Below, piece after piece: positions 40,505-56,373 of a stretch of 64,000 nucleotides of DNA; the stretch's first letter is position 1; each line of letters begins with the position of its first letter. Origin of the DNA: Octopus sinensis (taxonomy: Eukaryota); contig NC_043008.1 of the NCBI RefSeq assembly GCF_006345805.1, forward strand, positions 71,362,001 to 71,426,000, in the 5' to 3' direction. Both the position numbers and the translations under genes were made by a program. A model generated the notes under the pieces. That model made no database searches and was not told the DNA's origin. It saw nothing but the letters and a program-made list of their open reading frames with translations.

Positions 40505-40900
40505 ACTTGTTTCAGTCTTTAGACTGTGGCCGTTCTGGAGCACCACCTTGAGGAACTTTCAGTCGAATAAATTGAGCCCCGCTCTTGTGTTTTTAAAGCT
40601 GACTCTTATATTATTGAGATCTTTTGTCGAACCGCTACGTTACGGAGATGTAAACACACCAACACTGGTTGTCAAGCGGTGGTGGGGGACAAAATCAGAC
40701 AGTCAGATAGCCACAGACACGAACAGACAGACACACACAAACACATACATTCATATATATACGACGAGCTTCTTTCAATTTCCGTCTACCAAATTCACTC
40801 ACAAGGCATTGGCCGGTATAGCAGAAGATACTCACTCAATGTGCGATGCATGTGGAACTGAACTTAGAACCATGTGATGGAGAAGCGAGCTTCTTGCCAC
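40505..40900 (-). mobile_element. Near full-length SINE with internal microsatellite
   Basis: agactgtggccgttctggagcacc..gaaccgctacgttacggagatgtaaacacacc..ggttgtcaagcg..tacgacgagcttctttc..aattcactcacaaggc..agaaccatgtg. Confidence 0.85.
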
Positions 40901-41437
40901 ACTCACACACACATACACACATATACACACACGCACACATATATATAGGTAAATATTTCGAATGAGATCAGACAGGTGATGCAGAGTTTACTAGGTGATG
41001 AGAACAATAACTAATTTTCCATTGGTATTGTTGACAAGAATATGTAAGTTGAGATCATGAAATATAATAAACGATAAAACAAATTGGAAGATAAATTGGC
41101 ACGTATGTAAGCAGATGGTTCTGGTGACTTACAAAGAGAAGCTCTAAGATTGACCCTTTTCGAATCATGTCCATTATCTTTAAATTCCCATTCAAAAGAA
41201 CAACTGGACCTATCGCACTAGAGTCAGATTACCGAAAGCTTGCTCTTCTGTATTGCATAACAGTGGCAAGTGGCATTTGACAATTTTAAAGATACTTTAC
41301 GATTCCGCCTTAACTTTCCGCACAGAATCACCATATATTGGTAACATGATCCTCGCACCACTTCACTGTAAACGCAGACACTGAAATCATATTTTATAAG
41401 GAACATGACGAACAATTCTTTTTTTAATATCACAGAG

Positions 41438-41794
41438 AAGCGGTTCTCAACCATTTTAAACTATGGATTCCTTTCATTCCGATTTTATTCTAGTGTACCT
41501 CCATAGCCATTCACTGTATATTAAACAAAATTATTATTGTATCTTTTAATTGAATATTATCAGAAATTGTATAAAGAATTCCGATTTTACTCTATTGTAC
41601 CTCCATAGCCATTCAATGTATGTTAAAAAAAAGAAAATGGTACTGTATTTTTATAATTGAATGTTATCAGTAATTGTATTAAGAATTAAATTATGTATTC
41701 TGGAAGTAACATGAATTTATCGCTCATCAATTTTAACAGTAAAATTTTATATGGACCCCGCAAGAACCATATGGAACGTGGCTGAGAACAACTG
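41438..41794. mobile_element. hAT-like MITE with internal tandem duplication of about 100 bp
   Basis: Ends agcggttctcaacca / tggctgagaacaactg resemble CAGNGGTTCTCAACC TIRs; no clear 8-bp TSD. Confidence 0.65.
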
Positions 41795-42659
41795 GCATAG
41801 ACCAACAACAATTCCACAACATCAAACGAAGCTTCTCGTATCCCACTGTCAGCAACATGAACAACACTTAATAAAGAAACTTCAAAACCGCCCTGCGAAA
41901 AATGCTTTAAGCAAATATTGTTAGCCCATTACATAATAAACCTCTGTTCTTTGGTGGAATATATTTCCGTTCTCTAGTACAACGTTGGAGAACTGATAAG
42001 CTGTTGTTATTAAACATTAATATCTGTGAACGCATGGGGAAGAAGGCCCTCGCGCAAAAAGGGTAATATTTACTTACCATCATTTTACAACCGTTGATTC
42101 ACAAAACTGCTCTTTCGTTTCTTTATTCTTATATTACTATAATGGATTATGTTCCTTTGAACTAGGAAGCAGAAAACTCATTCTAGACAGTTACACACGA
42201 CGTATTTTTCCCTCTATTTCCCCCTTCTCTCTCTGTCTCCCTCTTTGTGTCTTAGTACTTATTAAAAAAAAACAAAAAACAAATCCAGAAGGGTATTGTA
42301 TATCTTATAAAATTTATTTACTGCAGACATACACACATTCTGTCTTATTCTAAGCACATGTCTGACTGTTCTCGGTGTTTTCAAAAGAAAATACATTTCA
42401 GCGGCACCTTCCTCTTCCTCTCATTTATGCAAAAATCGAAAGAAAAAACATCGATTCACATCAGTGCACGTATACGACAATTTAGCACAATTCTTACACG
42501 TTTTCATATGGAGTCCAACATAGCACAAATAGGGAAACTCGGAGTAATGCCTGATATGTTAGAATAAGTAATGGAACTGGAAACATAATTACAATTTAGT
42601 AACTTACAATAGAATATTATATACTTAAAGCAAAAGTATAGTTCTATTCCATTCCCACC

Positions 42660-42858
<199 letters not shown>

Positions 42859-42859
42859 A

Positions 42860-44640
42860 CTCCAGGATGGTAAAGCGTCTGGAAACGACTTGATTATTAG
42901 ATGCTGGTTTAAGAACCTAACCTTCTACCGACCATACCAATCTGTACTAGCAAGCGCTCAATGGGAACAGTAACATAACACACTGGTTAGTTCTGGCAGA
43001 GACAAAATTGATCCCCAAATGCAGGACCACCCACATGGTAAAAACTACCGGCCAATAGCATGCCAGAACTTAATGTTTAAATATATACAGCATGCATAAA
43101 TGTCTTACTTCAAGATCATTCTGGAACCAACAGGACAAGCAGCTGGGAAGAACGGAGTCTGGGGATATGTCGAGCAATTGTTAATCAACGTTGCTGCCAT
43201 GTCAGAGGTGCGAGAGTTTCAATGTGGTTAGACTGCAACAAAGATTTTAACTCTGTTTCCCTTCCATGGATGCTAGAAGCCCTTCAGCTTGCTAAAGTTC
43301 CAGTGAACATAGTCAAAGTCATAGTTAACCTGACATCGTCGTGGGCCACCATCTTGAAATTGAATACAAAGAATGACTGTAGAATACATTACCGGTAGAA
43401 TACAGTATCGCAAAGATATATTTCAAGGGGACAGCCTTTCTGTGATGTTGTTTATACTTTCTGTAAACCCTTGTAATTCATGTTAAGGAAGTCTGAAGGA
43501 TATCTCACTGATTCACAAGCAAACAGAAATACAAAAATTACACACTGTTTCTTTGTGGAGGACTTGAAACATTATGCAAAGAATATGCACAAGATGAAAA
43601 AGAGCCTTGACCTAGTTACAACATTTTCAAAGGATGCCGGGTTGGATTTTGATCACGATAAATATTGTTGTATGGTTGTGAAAAGAGGGAAAAATTCTAA
43701 ATCAGACGAGAAACATTTCCATCAATGATTCAACTGTTTTGCCTATACCTGACGAAGAATGTTACAGGTATCTAGCGGTGGATGAAAACATCTTACAATG
43801 GCACCTGTAACAAAACACGTGTCACTAAAGAATACTACAGCCAAACAAAAAAAATTGAACCTCAAAACTCTCTGCATTCAATAAAATAGTTGCCCACAGT
43901 GTATTTACAGTGCCAGTACTCATACCAACATTTGGACTGTTTGATTGGACTCGGATGAGATCCGAGCCATTGATGAGAAAACCCGAAAAATACTAACGAG
44001 CACACATAATTTCCACATAAACAGTAACGTAGATCGTCTCAACCTAAAACGAAAACAAAGCGGCAGAGACTTAGCATATCCTTTCAGCAAAATCTTTTAA
44101 GCACCAGGTCTCGAAGTGCATCCCTTGACCAAGTTTGCATACATGAAGCTGATAACATCATATGACTTGGAAGGCAGCTCCTTGAGCAACATTCCTTAGC
44201 TGATAACCTAAAATATATGCCCAAAGAACTCGCACGACTCTACTGCAACGCTCCAGGATGATAGTAACATTGATCATCAAAGCAGCCTATCATGGACCAA
44301 TAGCCGGATTACTACATTGAAGGGTATGCGTTTGCAATCCAACAGCAAGAAGTATCAACCAAACACCTGATGCACAAAGGGGATAGAGTCTCAAGAAAAC
44401 CAGTAAAATGCGACAAATGGTGCAGAATTTGTAGAGTTAACACCTACATCATAAAACTTCGTGAGTTAACACCCACATCATAAGCAATTATCTGAAAATT
44501 TCACCTCGGTATTATCTACGGATGAGATATGATGTAGCTAGGACACTCTATCATGAAATACGTCAGAAGGATATATCTAACGACAAAGAAATAGGAACCC
44601 ATAGAATGGGAAAATCCAGAGCTACTCATAATAAAAAAGG
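42860..44640 (+). mobile_element. Old, heavily mutated R4/Dong-type RT relic
   Basis: Fragments KNYRPIACQNLMFKIY, EQLLIN, IFQGDSLSVMLFIL, THCFFVEDLKHYA, FSKDAGLDF, YRYL and a degenerate CRIC knuckle near 44420. Confidence 0.85.
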
Positions 44641-45009
44641 AGAACAGTTAAATATATATAAGCATGTCTAGATGTGCAACTATATGCACGAGAATACATA
44701 CATAAAACAAAATATACAAATCTGCACAAATATATACATATATGCATTCATACATACATGCATACATACATACCCTGTTGTTGAGGATGAAATTCCTACG
44801 ACGGAGCCTCTTGGACCTAGGTTAGAAACCGGCTCTTTCACTATCGGTAAGAAATCTTGGAATAAAACGGAATAATGACATACGCACATATAACAAGAAA
44901 GTGCGTGGAAATATGCAGTAACATACAAATGTATACATGTTCTGTATATATATATATATTGTTCTGCATGAATATTCATTTGCCTCTAAACATACATATA
45001 CCTACACAA

Positions 45010-45053
<44 letters not shown>

Positions 45054-45779
45054 AAACTAATTCACAAACATAGACATATATGTATATATATATATACATA
45101 AACGTGTGTAAATATATGTGTGAAATACGTATAATTGTAAACAATAACTAAGCTACAGATACACTGTATATCTCTGATGTTTACAATGACTCAGTCTCCA
45201 ATAATAAAACGATGAAAGACAAAAATGCAACGATAAAAATAACAACATCAGCAGCAGCAGTAGCAACAGTATCAACAATAACGACTCTATATGTTTCAGA
45301 AAACGAACACGTGATCTTGTGGATGCAGTGATCGTGATATGAATTCAAGTGTGGTAAATTAATTCATTCGTAGTAGATACAATATGAAAGAATATAGAAG
45401 AGAAATATAAAACAAATGGCGGACCTATGACAATCTTGTACGCTTTGAACACGCATTTTTCAAACAACAGAAATAATCTCCAATCACCGAAGCAAATATG
45501 CTATATTTTTCTTTAATTTTTATTTAATTTCATTTATGTTTTTGTCTTCCTTTCTTTCTATGATATATTTTATGCATTAACTATTATCATTTGTGATGGA
45601 ACAAATTAAATTGGATTCAATATCAGGATTGCCTGGGAAGAATTTCACAAAAATAAACAATCGAAAATGATATGATACGAAAAACAATATTATTCGCTAA
45701 CCTACACGCGTGCTGCTTCAGATAGTGTATATTTGTAAATACATTTCATTTGCAAAGAATATATATATGTAAACACACG

Positions 45780-47152
<1,373 letters not shown>

Positions 47153-47540
47153 GAATGTATAGATGTATATATTGCTATGCGATGTTACGCAAAACAACAC
47201 ATCCCAAATAACAAAAGAATAAACATTCCTTTCCAATCTGCCTATGATTCAATAGTAATTTATTTTATCACGGGAAATTACAGTATATTACACCGTGGCG
47301 ATGGAGTCTTTTGTTTTGCTTGCACTTATTTCTATTATTGTTGTTGTTGTTGTTATTAATATTCTTGATATTGTAATTTTCATCATCGTTATTATTGTTA
47401 CTATTATTGTTGTTTTTGCAGTTATTCCGTTATTTCCTCAGATTGTTTTCAATCGTTTATTTTTAAATAACTTGAAACTGCCGTTGGTTTCATTATCCCC
47501 TGATACTAAAGTATAGAAAGATGACGATGATGATAATAAT

Positions 47541-47608
<68 letters not shown>

Positions 47609-47649
47609 TAATAAAAATAATAATAATAATAATGATAATAAAAATAATG

Positions 47650-47686
<37 letters not shown>

Positions 47687-47687
<1 letters not shown>

Positions 47688-50600
47688 TTCTCTTTATTCG
47701 CCACCAGGACGGGGGATTAGTGGGATAATACAAAGACAGATATCCAGTGTCGTGGTTTACATAAAATGAATGAATAAAATGTATAGAAAATATATACACT
47801 ATACAATAAGAAAGAAAAGGGAGGCACACATAGTAAACAATAGTTAAAATAAAATAAAATAAAAGGAAGGTATGATGATAGTGATATGCTCCTCTTAACA
47901 CTGGAGGACTTCTAGGGATAACCGAGGAAACCCACTGACCAATAACTCTCAGAACACCAATGGAAGATGCACACTTCAATACTTGTTCTATGATTCACAG
48001 ATCTCTTCTGTGAGCGGCACCCTTCACCCTTGCCATTTTCGCAACTTTCAATAGATTCACTTGAAAACATCACCTAGCTTTCCATCATTACCTTCTTTTT
48101 AAACAAAACTTCAAGAGGTCGGTGAGAGCTCTACTGAAGAGGAAAGTCTGTCCTTATGACGTTCAGCCTCATCCACCAGACAAACTCTTTCGACAGCGTC
48201 ACTAGGCAAAGAAAATCTACATAATCTGCCAGATTAAAAAATTACTCCGTGGGACAATCTTCACTATGGCCTCGGCCTATAGATGGATCCATCCCAGACG
48301 CGACAGTGCCCGGACACTGAACGAGTGCGTGCATAACGGTTTCATCGCTCTGCGTCCACCTCTGACAAACCCTTCTGCGAGGGCATCCGTATCTGTAGAG
48401 TTTATCTTGAACTGAAAGCGCCCCTCAGTGACACTCATGCCAAAGACATCAAGAAATTATCCATGGTCGTCCTTGACAAGAAAGTCCTCCGAAACAGGCT
48501 AACCAGTTTGCTTTCGTCGACGCCCAGAGGCTCTCCGGGAACGTTGTCGCAACCTCCCCGACATTGATTGTCTATATATTACTAAAATAGAACGTCCATT
48601 GATCCCATTGCCTCACTGGTAGAGGGCTGTGAGAGCCTGACGCCTTTTTAGGTGCCAGGCGTCCAATCTCGGTCTTTGCTTGATCTAGAACAACAGCTCC
48701 GCCAAGGAAACGAACTACGGGAAGACATGTCTCGCAAACGGTGCCCACACAAGTGGTGCAACCTAAGTGCGTGCTTTTACATCAGAAGCCACCACACACA
48801 GGGTGTTGGCAGCAGGCTAACCGCCTAACCATTGGAAACCTCCCTTCCACAAGAATCTAAATAAGAAAAGCTCCAACCTGGTCAAGCATTAACGGGAGTA
48901 GAGTGTGAGAGTCAGGCGATAGCTGATAAAGAAGGCTGTGCAGGCAATCGCCATCTGTGCCCGACCTTCAGACACAGTTTTCTCTCAGCCCGTTTCTGGG
49001 TAAGGCTGGTTACCCTGCCAGTCAACTCGTTCCAGTTCTTATCTACCTAGAAGTGGGGACCGAACCTGACCTAAGAAGTTTAACCGGTCTGTCAGTCCAA
49101 AGTCCCACGACGCCACCCGATGGCATTAGTCTACCTCTCCAGTTATCCAGCTGCAAATCCACTGACTTGTCGCCCTTGATTTTGGCACCTGCAACCGACC
49201 TTTATTCCTGAAGAATGGTGCCAACAATCCTCACATCGATAGCGTCCGACTGTATAACTGTGATGTTTAAATATGCCGACACTGCCCTCTTTTGTTCCAG
49301 TTCGAGAAAGATGCCCTTACCAGTTTCAGCTTCCACTGCAGCGGCTCGAGAGCAATCACTAACAGAAGAGGCGACAGCGGGCAGCCCCGGCAGACTGAGT
49401 GTGCGAATCGAAGCGCTTCCGATAGGTTGCCTTTCACTTTGACTACCGAGCAGGTACTGCTGTACATTGCCGCGAATGGGTCCTCGAAAACGGGTCTGAA
49501 GTCTTTACCGACCAGACTACTGGGAACAAGTGTCACACCTTTCGCAAACACATTGGCGAAAATCTTAAACTCTGTGTTTATCAGAATTATGGGCCTAAAT
49601 TTGCCTTGCAACTCCTCAGTATCGGCGTTCTTTTTCAGTAGCGTCATCAGACCCCGGCTAACAGCACTAGGATTTCTCCAGTTCTACGGCTAGTTGTGGT
49701 AGACATTTGACAAGGGGTCGGCAAAAAGAATCTGGCATGAATTCATGCAATTCATCGTGCAGACCATCCAAAGCAGGCAATTTGCGACTTATGAAATCAC
49801 TCATCGACTCCCGTATTTAAGCCGCCTTTATCGGCTTTTTCCAGGACATCGCATCCGCTGCCGACAGCTGCAACATATACGGAGCCAGATAGGAAGCCTA
49901 TCGAGGCATAAACGGCCACTAGTCTAAAGGCACAACCTTCGCCTTGGACCACCAACTTGCCGCTCGGGTCCAAGAATATTGCCCTTATTTCGAGATCTAA
50001 GGATTTTGGGAATAGCACCGCTAACCTACCGTCCGCTTCTGACAGAGAACTTTATGAGAATATCTCATAGCCATCGAAATGAATGCTCACCCTGTCTTTT
50101 CGCTTTCAACTTAGGACAGCCTTTATAAACTATTTTTTCGCCTTTCCCCGACATGTTTCCTTCTTAATGGTTTCAATTGCTCCTCATCACACGATAAAGC
50201 TTCCGAATCGCCAGTGTCAACAGTAAAACCTGTTTCTGTGTCGCCAGTCTGTAGGAATGGTTGGGCACAGCTTAGTGTCGTTATTGTGATACGATTCTGC
50301 TTTGATTGTTATTGCTACAGTGAGTTTTGTAGCGTTTGGTTTTCTTATGTTGGTGGTAAAAGAAGGGTAATCTCTCTACCTCCATTTTGTTGTGAGTAGA
50401 GCGCTTACAAATATGTGTTAGACCAATGAGGCGTTTCGGCTTCTTGTATTCCTCCACGACCTGGAACTGGGAATTTCAATTAGGTCGAGAGTCTTGTCCA
50501 AAGATTTCGGTTTTACCTGTTCTTGCTATACTTTTTCAATATCTAGAAGTGAATCCGGTCCTTCGACCACTACGCAAGCGACCAACCACCAAATATCTAC

Positions 50601-51900
50601 TTCAGGTGGCACATCTGAAATGTTAATCTTCGCCACCCATCGACCAAGGTAAGTGGGAAGGAGGAGAAGAGCCTCATGTTTAGACTGTGTCATTGAATAT
50701 TTTAGAACCAGTTTCTTTGTGTAAAATCTCACTTCCATAGAACGATATTGTCTTCCTCGTGTGAGGAAGTCAATATTAGTAAATATGTCCTTAAAGCATT
50801 TCGCTAATTGATGTGCGGCGCATTGGAAATTTTCTTCGTCTTTAACGACATATATCTGTAAACGGTGATCCTTCTGGCAATCTGATGCAAGTAATACTTG
50901 AATTGACAGGATCTAGGATGCATCACCCAAAATCTGACATAGAAAGACTATATATACAACGTATAGAAGGTGGTAGAGGCCTTATACAGCTGGAAAACTA
51001 CTATAAAATAACCACCATAGGACTGCAAAAATATCTACTTCAGAAGGAAGGAAAACTGATACAAATAGCGGCAAATCACGAGCAAAACGAAAAACTGTTC
51101 TCAGTATTTAAGGAAGCTGACAAATACAAACAAGAAATCATACCACCTAATAAATATGAAGAAGAAGAAGAAGAAGAAGAAGCAAGGTAATGTTTCTGAT
51201 AATATCATGATAATGACGAGGAAAGGGAGGGGGATGAGTACTTCGATGATAACGATGATGCTGATGATGGTGGTGGTGATGGTAGTGATGGTAGTGGTTG
51301 TTTGGACCATAATGATCATGAAGATGATGATGATGATGATGATGCAGACAAAGATGAGAAGGAGGGGATGACGATGAGGAAGGTCATTCATTTTATTAAC
51401 CCTAAAACGGAGTACAATATGAGAACAATAAAAACACCGAAAAGCTATCAAATGTCGGGTTTATATCTAATGAAGTGCTAATACTAGAAACAGATTTAGG
51501 AAGCAATTTCTGCAATGTATGCGAAGATTATATAGGGTGACTGAGAGAACTTAATCGAATGGTAAGATCATTGTGCCACATATAGCTCATTAATTCTTGG
51601 CGTCCATTTTCTTCTTGGAAATGAATATTCAGGCTAGTCACACTTGCGCATGCTTCATAAAATACAAAACAGTATCTCTCTTTCTGTCCTCATCTGATGC
51701 AAGTAATACTTGAAATGGTCAACGAAAGCACGGCCTGTGAAGAAAATGTCTCTCTTAAATATTTTTGAGTAGTCAACCAAAATATTCCTTTTGTCATAGC
51801 CACCAGAAGGGGAAGACCAACCACCCTTCTCTGTCACCGAAGGATGGGTCACCGACGTTTGATAATGACATGTTTGATTGTCAGATTCGTCCAACAGACA
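47687..51900 (-). mobile_element. Degraded L1/Tx1-like LINE (ORF1, APE endonuclease and RT remnants, 3' UTR with AATAAA) ending in an (ATT)n-type repeat
   Basis: ORF1-like DFLTRGRQYRSMEVRF..LLPTYLGRWVAKINISDVPPEVDIWWLV; EN-like FLDPSGKLVV..FRLVAVYA; RT-like FRPIILINTEFKIFA and CRGCPLSPLL..ALEP; AATAAA on - at 47698-47693. The 5' limit is uncertain. Confidence 0.8.
50903..51691 (+). mobile_element. Insertion in the Tx1 ORF1: internal R4/Dong RT fragment (about 50903-51160) plus GAA/GAT repeats and unassigned DNA, flanked by a 23-bp direct repeat
   Basis: TGSRMHHPKSDIERLYIQRIEGGRGLIQLE; atctgatgcaagtaatacttgaa at both 50880-50902 and 51692-51714. Confidence 0.85.
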
Positions 51901-52129
51901 ACAATACTTCCACCTCTGTATCTTACTCTCACTGTCTCTGCTCTGCCCCTTTCTTTGTCTCTCGGGCTTTTTAAATTCCGGCTCTTCAGTCTGAGTTTCA
52001 TTGTAGTGGCAAGCAAACAGCGTGAGGTGATGCGATTCGAAAATTTAAATTCCTCACTTGAGGATCAAAATTCCAAATATGACAAGCCAGTCTCTTCGTC
52101 AGTTTTATGTGTGTGAGTGTATGTGTGTG

Positions 52130-52410
52130 TGTCGGTAGGTTCCGGTGACATAAACACTCTAACATCGGTTATGAAGCGGTAAAACGGGACATGCACACAC
52201 AAAAACACACACGATCACACACAATCGCGTGCGCACATACACACACAAATGACGGGCCTCTACTAATTCTCGTGTACCCAACCTAATAACAAGGTATTGG
52301 TCGGCACGCGGCTACAGTAGAAGACACGTGCGTAAATTGCCACGCTGTAGGACAGAACCAAAAATCATGAGGTTGAGACGCAAACTTCTTACCACACTGA
52401 GACACCTGTA
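52130..52410 (-). mobile_element. SINE (same family as 40505-40900); an oppositely oriented head fragment follows at about 52440-52500
   Basis: gacataaacactctaacatcggtt..gacgggcctc..ggtcggcacgcggctacagtagaagacacgtg..tgccacgctgtaggacagaacc..cttcttaccaca. Confidence 0.8.
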
Positions 52411-52509
52411 TATGGCGTATAATATGATATAAAATAAGCGCAGGCGTGGCTGGGTGGTAAGAAGCTTGCTTCCCAACCACATGATTCCGGATTCAGTTTC
52501 ACTTCTCTC

Positions 52510-54050
52510 GACAAAAGTCGGGGACTACGACGGGTACGAAAATGGCCCCCTCCTTTGCTAACCTAGTCATGGGATATCTAGAAATTAATCTTTATCATAA
52601 GGTTCTAGAAAAATACGGCAGCCCAATCTTCCTATGCATAGAAAATAACTGGAAGAGATACCTGGATGACTGTTTCATTCTTTGACATGAACGTATGGAG
52701 AGACTTAAAGAATTCTGAGCGCTTATAAATGGACTTGGCGTAAACAGTCAATTCACGATGGAATATAGCCATCACCAACTTCCTCGATATCGTCAGTAAG
52801 AAATCTAACGACGTAATAGAAACTGATATATACTATAAGCCTATGGACTCCAAGCAATATCTACCGTTCAACTCATGCCTCCCCAGAAACACCTGAATGA
52901 ATATCCCCTTCAATCTAGCAAAAAGGATATGTACTATAGTGTCTAATGCAAGCACCAGGGACACACGACCACATGAACTAAAGGATACACTCATCACCAG
53001 GAACTACCCACCTTCACTAATTGACATATGTTTTCAACGTGCCCTACAACTCAACATACACGAACTCAGACATCCCAAAAGCCCTACCATACACCTCCAC
53101 ACACAACACTCTTAACAATGAAGCCTTCGGCACCATCCTTCAAAACATTCCCCCGCTAAAAGAGGACCGCAAAATGAACTTAATCCTCTAAACACACACC
53201 TTCATAAAAAGCAAGAGACAGCCCAAATCTATGAAAAGTCTCCTAACAAAAGCCTGAATACGATCAAGAACAACACAGAAGCCGTCAGTAAAAAAATGCG
53301 GAAGACCCAACTGTAGGATATGTATAAATTTAATTGAGGGATCAGAGTTCTCACTCAATCAGGGACAAAGTTTCACAGTGAAAATCAGCTTCACATGTGC
53401 TTCGGAGAAAATGATATACGCACTAACCTGCTTTGGGTGTCAAGAGCAATATATAGGCCAAACAAAAACACTCTACGTCAAAGGATAGTTCAGATCCCAG
53501 AACAAAATTCCCTAAAACTGAAAAATAGCATTCAGCCAACACATCGACATTTACGCCAATAACAAAAATCTAATCTTCAGATTTTTTCCCTCTACCAATT
53601 CAGGGATTATACAATCTGTAGCCAACTAATTAGTAAAAAGACTCTCCTTATTACAGAATACAGACCCCTTTTGAACGCATCTATAACAAACGACATATCA
53701 ACCACGGCCTTAGAATAACACGCACGCATATATTAAAAATGATATATTCAAGAGATACCCAAGAATTGGCCAACAGTCCCAATCACTGCTGTAATCCAAC
53801 CCGATCCACATTTAGGTCACTTGTACATTTAACATCCTACTAGTATCCTACCATCCCGCTTTCCCTTATTAATCTCTTCTCTTTCTCCTTCTTTTTCGTC
53901 TTGTTCCTCTCCGTCACCTCCTCGCTTACTTTACTACTACTCCTGTTTAGAATAACACCTACGCAGATATTATAAACAATACATACAAAAGAGATATCTC
54001 AAGTATCTAATCACTACTACAATCCACAAGTCACTTTCAGGGCACTTGAC
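52510..54050 (+). mobile_element. Degraded Penelope-like element: RT C-terminal half, GIY-YIG endonuclease and short terminal direct repeats
   Basis: GTKMAPSFANLVMGYLE, WKRYLDDCF, ETDIYYKPMDSKQYL, NIPFNLAKRICTIV, KCGRPNCRIC, FTCASEKMIYALTCFGCQEQYIGQT; gaataacac..gca.atatt repeated at about 53712 and 53950. Confidence 0.9.
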
Positions 54051-54412
54051 CGTTTAACATCATACTACTTTTCTCGCACATTTCTCTGTTGTTGTTGTTG
54101 TTGTTGTTGTTGTTCTTCTTCTTCTTCTTCTTCTTCTTCTTCTTCTTTTTTTTTTTCTCTGCCAAGAATTCACAACGACCTCGAACCCACAAGAGTAAAC
54201 AAGAGAGACAGAGACAGGCAGAAACAAGGAAAATGCCCCTTGTACTCTGCCTATATTTAAAAAAAAACTTTTCATTAAATTTTTCCAAAATTTACTTTTC
54301 CCAAAATTTAATTCTTTTCCATACTTCCAGTTGAAAAAGTCGCAATGACCGAAACCGGTACTGAAATGTTTTTTTATAAAATTATCTTTTATTTACTACC
54401 TTGATTTTTTTT

Positions 54413-54464
<52 letters not shown>

Positions 54465-54538
54465 ACTCATGTGTTCCTTTTCAAAATTTACACACACACA
54501 CACGCACAATATCCATATATATGTATATACATCTATCG

Positions 54539-54626
<88 letters not shown>

Positions 54627-54758
54627 ATATATATATATACAAAAAGCAATAAAGATTCAAGTTAATTTAAATGAATTTACTTGAATATGGTACCTAACTT
54701 AGATGCACCAAAAAAAACTATACTGTTTTAACAATACAGTAATGTGGGGTGATTATAA

Positions 54759-56242
54759 GCGAGAAAGAAGCAACAAGAATGGATAGGTTTTTAGTACAAT
54801 CGTTTCATACAAGGACAGGCTTTATTAAAAGTTGCAAAAATTACAGCATATAAACGTGTCCCGTACTCATCAGCTAAAATACGTGTGAGTTCTCTAGACA
54901 TCCTAGTGGTTGAGGCTATACTCATGAAGTAATGTAGATAATTAAGTAACATAAACAGATTTCCAAAGTTCATTAAAGTTCTTTAAAGATGATGTACAGT
55001 CTTATCACAGAATTTTAAAAAAGTTTTAATAACATCACAGAGAAGGTGACCTAATCCATAGTGCACATATGAATTTCCAGAGATATGAGGAGGGATTACA
55101 TACTCACAGACGACAAATTTATCCATTGTTAATCACAACGAGGTGGGTCTCAATTCCTGCTTATTAGCATTACAGAGAGGGTGAATTAATCCTTTGTATA
55201 GATGCACAATTTCCAATGGTGTAGATGTAAATTTCCAGAGAAATGAAGAGGAATTTCATATTCACAGGCGATAAATTTATCAATGGTTGAACACAATGAG
55301 GTAGGTATCAATTCTTGTTATATGATTAGGTATTTGCCACATTAATCACATTACTGCTATTTACAAGAGGCTGTAGCTATTTAACTTTTAAAGGCTGAAG
55401 GGCTTTCTAGAGATGCAAAGAACAGAAAAGGGAAGGGAAGAGAAGAAAAGAGAGAAAATAAAGGAGGAGGGAGCAAAAAGGGGGGGAGGGGGACTAAAAG
55501 AGAAGAGAAAAGGAAAAAGAGAATAAGAAGAAGAAAAAGAAAAAAGAGAAAGAGAAAGAAATAGGGAAAGGAGGGGAAAAAAAGAAAAAGAAAAAAGAAA
55601 AAAAGAGGGTTCTAGTTATACAGAAGAATTAGTAGACGGCAAGTCTGGTTTTAATTTACAGGCATCTAGGAACTAGAGGAGAATATTATTCTTTGACCAG
55701 TAAAACAGCTAATTTATTGCTGTTGAAATCAGCTATGAATTTAAAGAGAATCTAAAGAGATAACACGGTCAGGGGTTTAGGGGTCAGAGGCTAAAATCAA
55801 AAGAAAATACATTAGGAAAATCTAAGTATAATCTTATCAAAAAGTCATTAAAATTTATTTATTTAATTTATTCATTTTATTGTCTTAAGGAGTTGCCGTT
55901 ATTATTCATACATTGACGGACTACAGGTCAAATCTTAGAAGATCATTTACATCACCTTCTCTGTGATGCTATTAAAACGTTTTTAAAATTCTGTGATAAG
56001 ACTGTACATCATCTTTAAAGAACTTTAATGAACTTTGGAAATCTGTTTATGTTACTTAATTATCTACATTACTTCATGAGTATAGCCTCAACCACTAGGA
56101 TGTCTAGAGAACTCACATGTATTTTAGCTGATGAGTACGGGACACGTTTATATGCTGTAATTTTTGCAACTTTTAATAAAGCCTGTCCTTGTATGAAACG
56201 ATTGTACTAAAAACCTATCCATTCTTGTTGCTTCTTTCTCGC
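54759..56242. repeat. Long inverted repeat (fold-back unit 1): 291-bp arms 54759-55049 and 55952-56242, about 900-bp spacer
   Basis: Arms are reverse complements with three substitutions found by eye; the ORF track shows a near-identical 60-aa peptide on opposite strands (54791-54973 -, 56028-56210 +). Confidence 0.97.
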
Positions 56243-56308
<66 letters not shown>

Positions 56309-56373
56309 GTATGTATATATATACATATATATATAAATACATACATACAATAGTGCATACATACATATGTACA

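Noticed and set aside
54791-56210. Duplicated 60-aa ORF on opposite strands as a gene pair
   Set aside because: It is a by-product of the inverted repeat; there is no recognisable domain or splice context.
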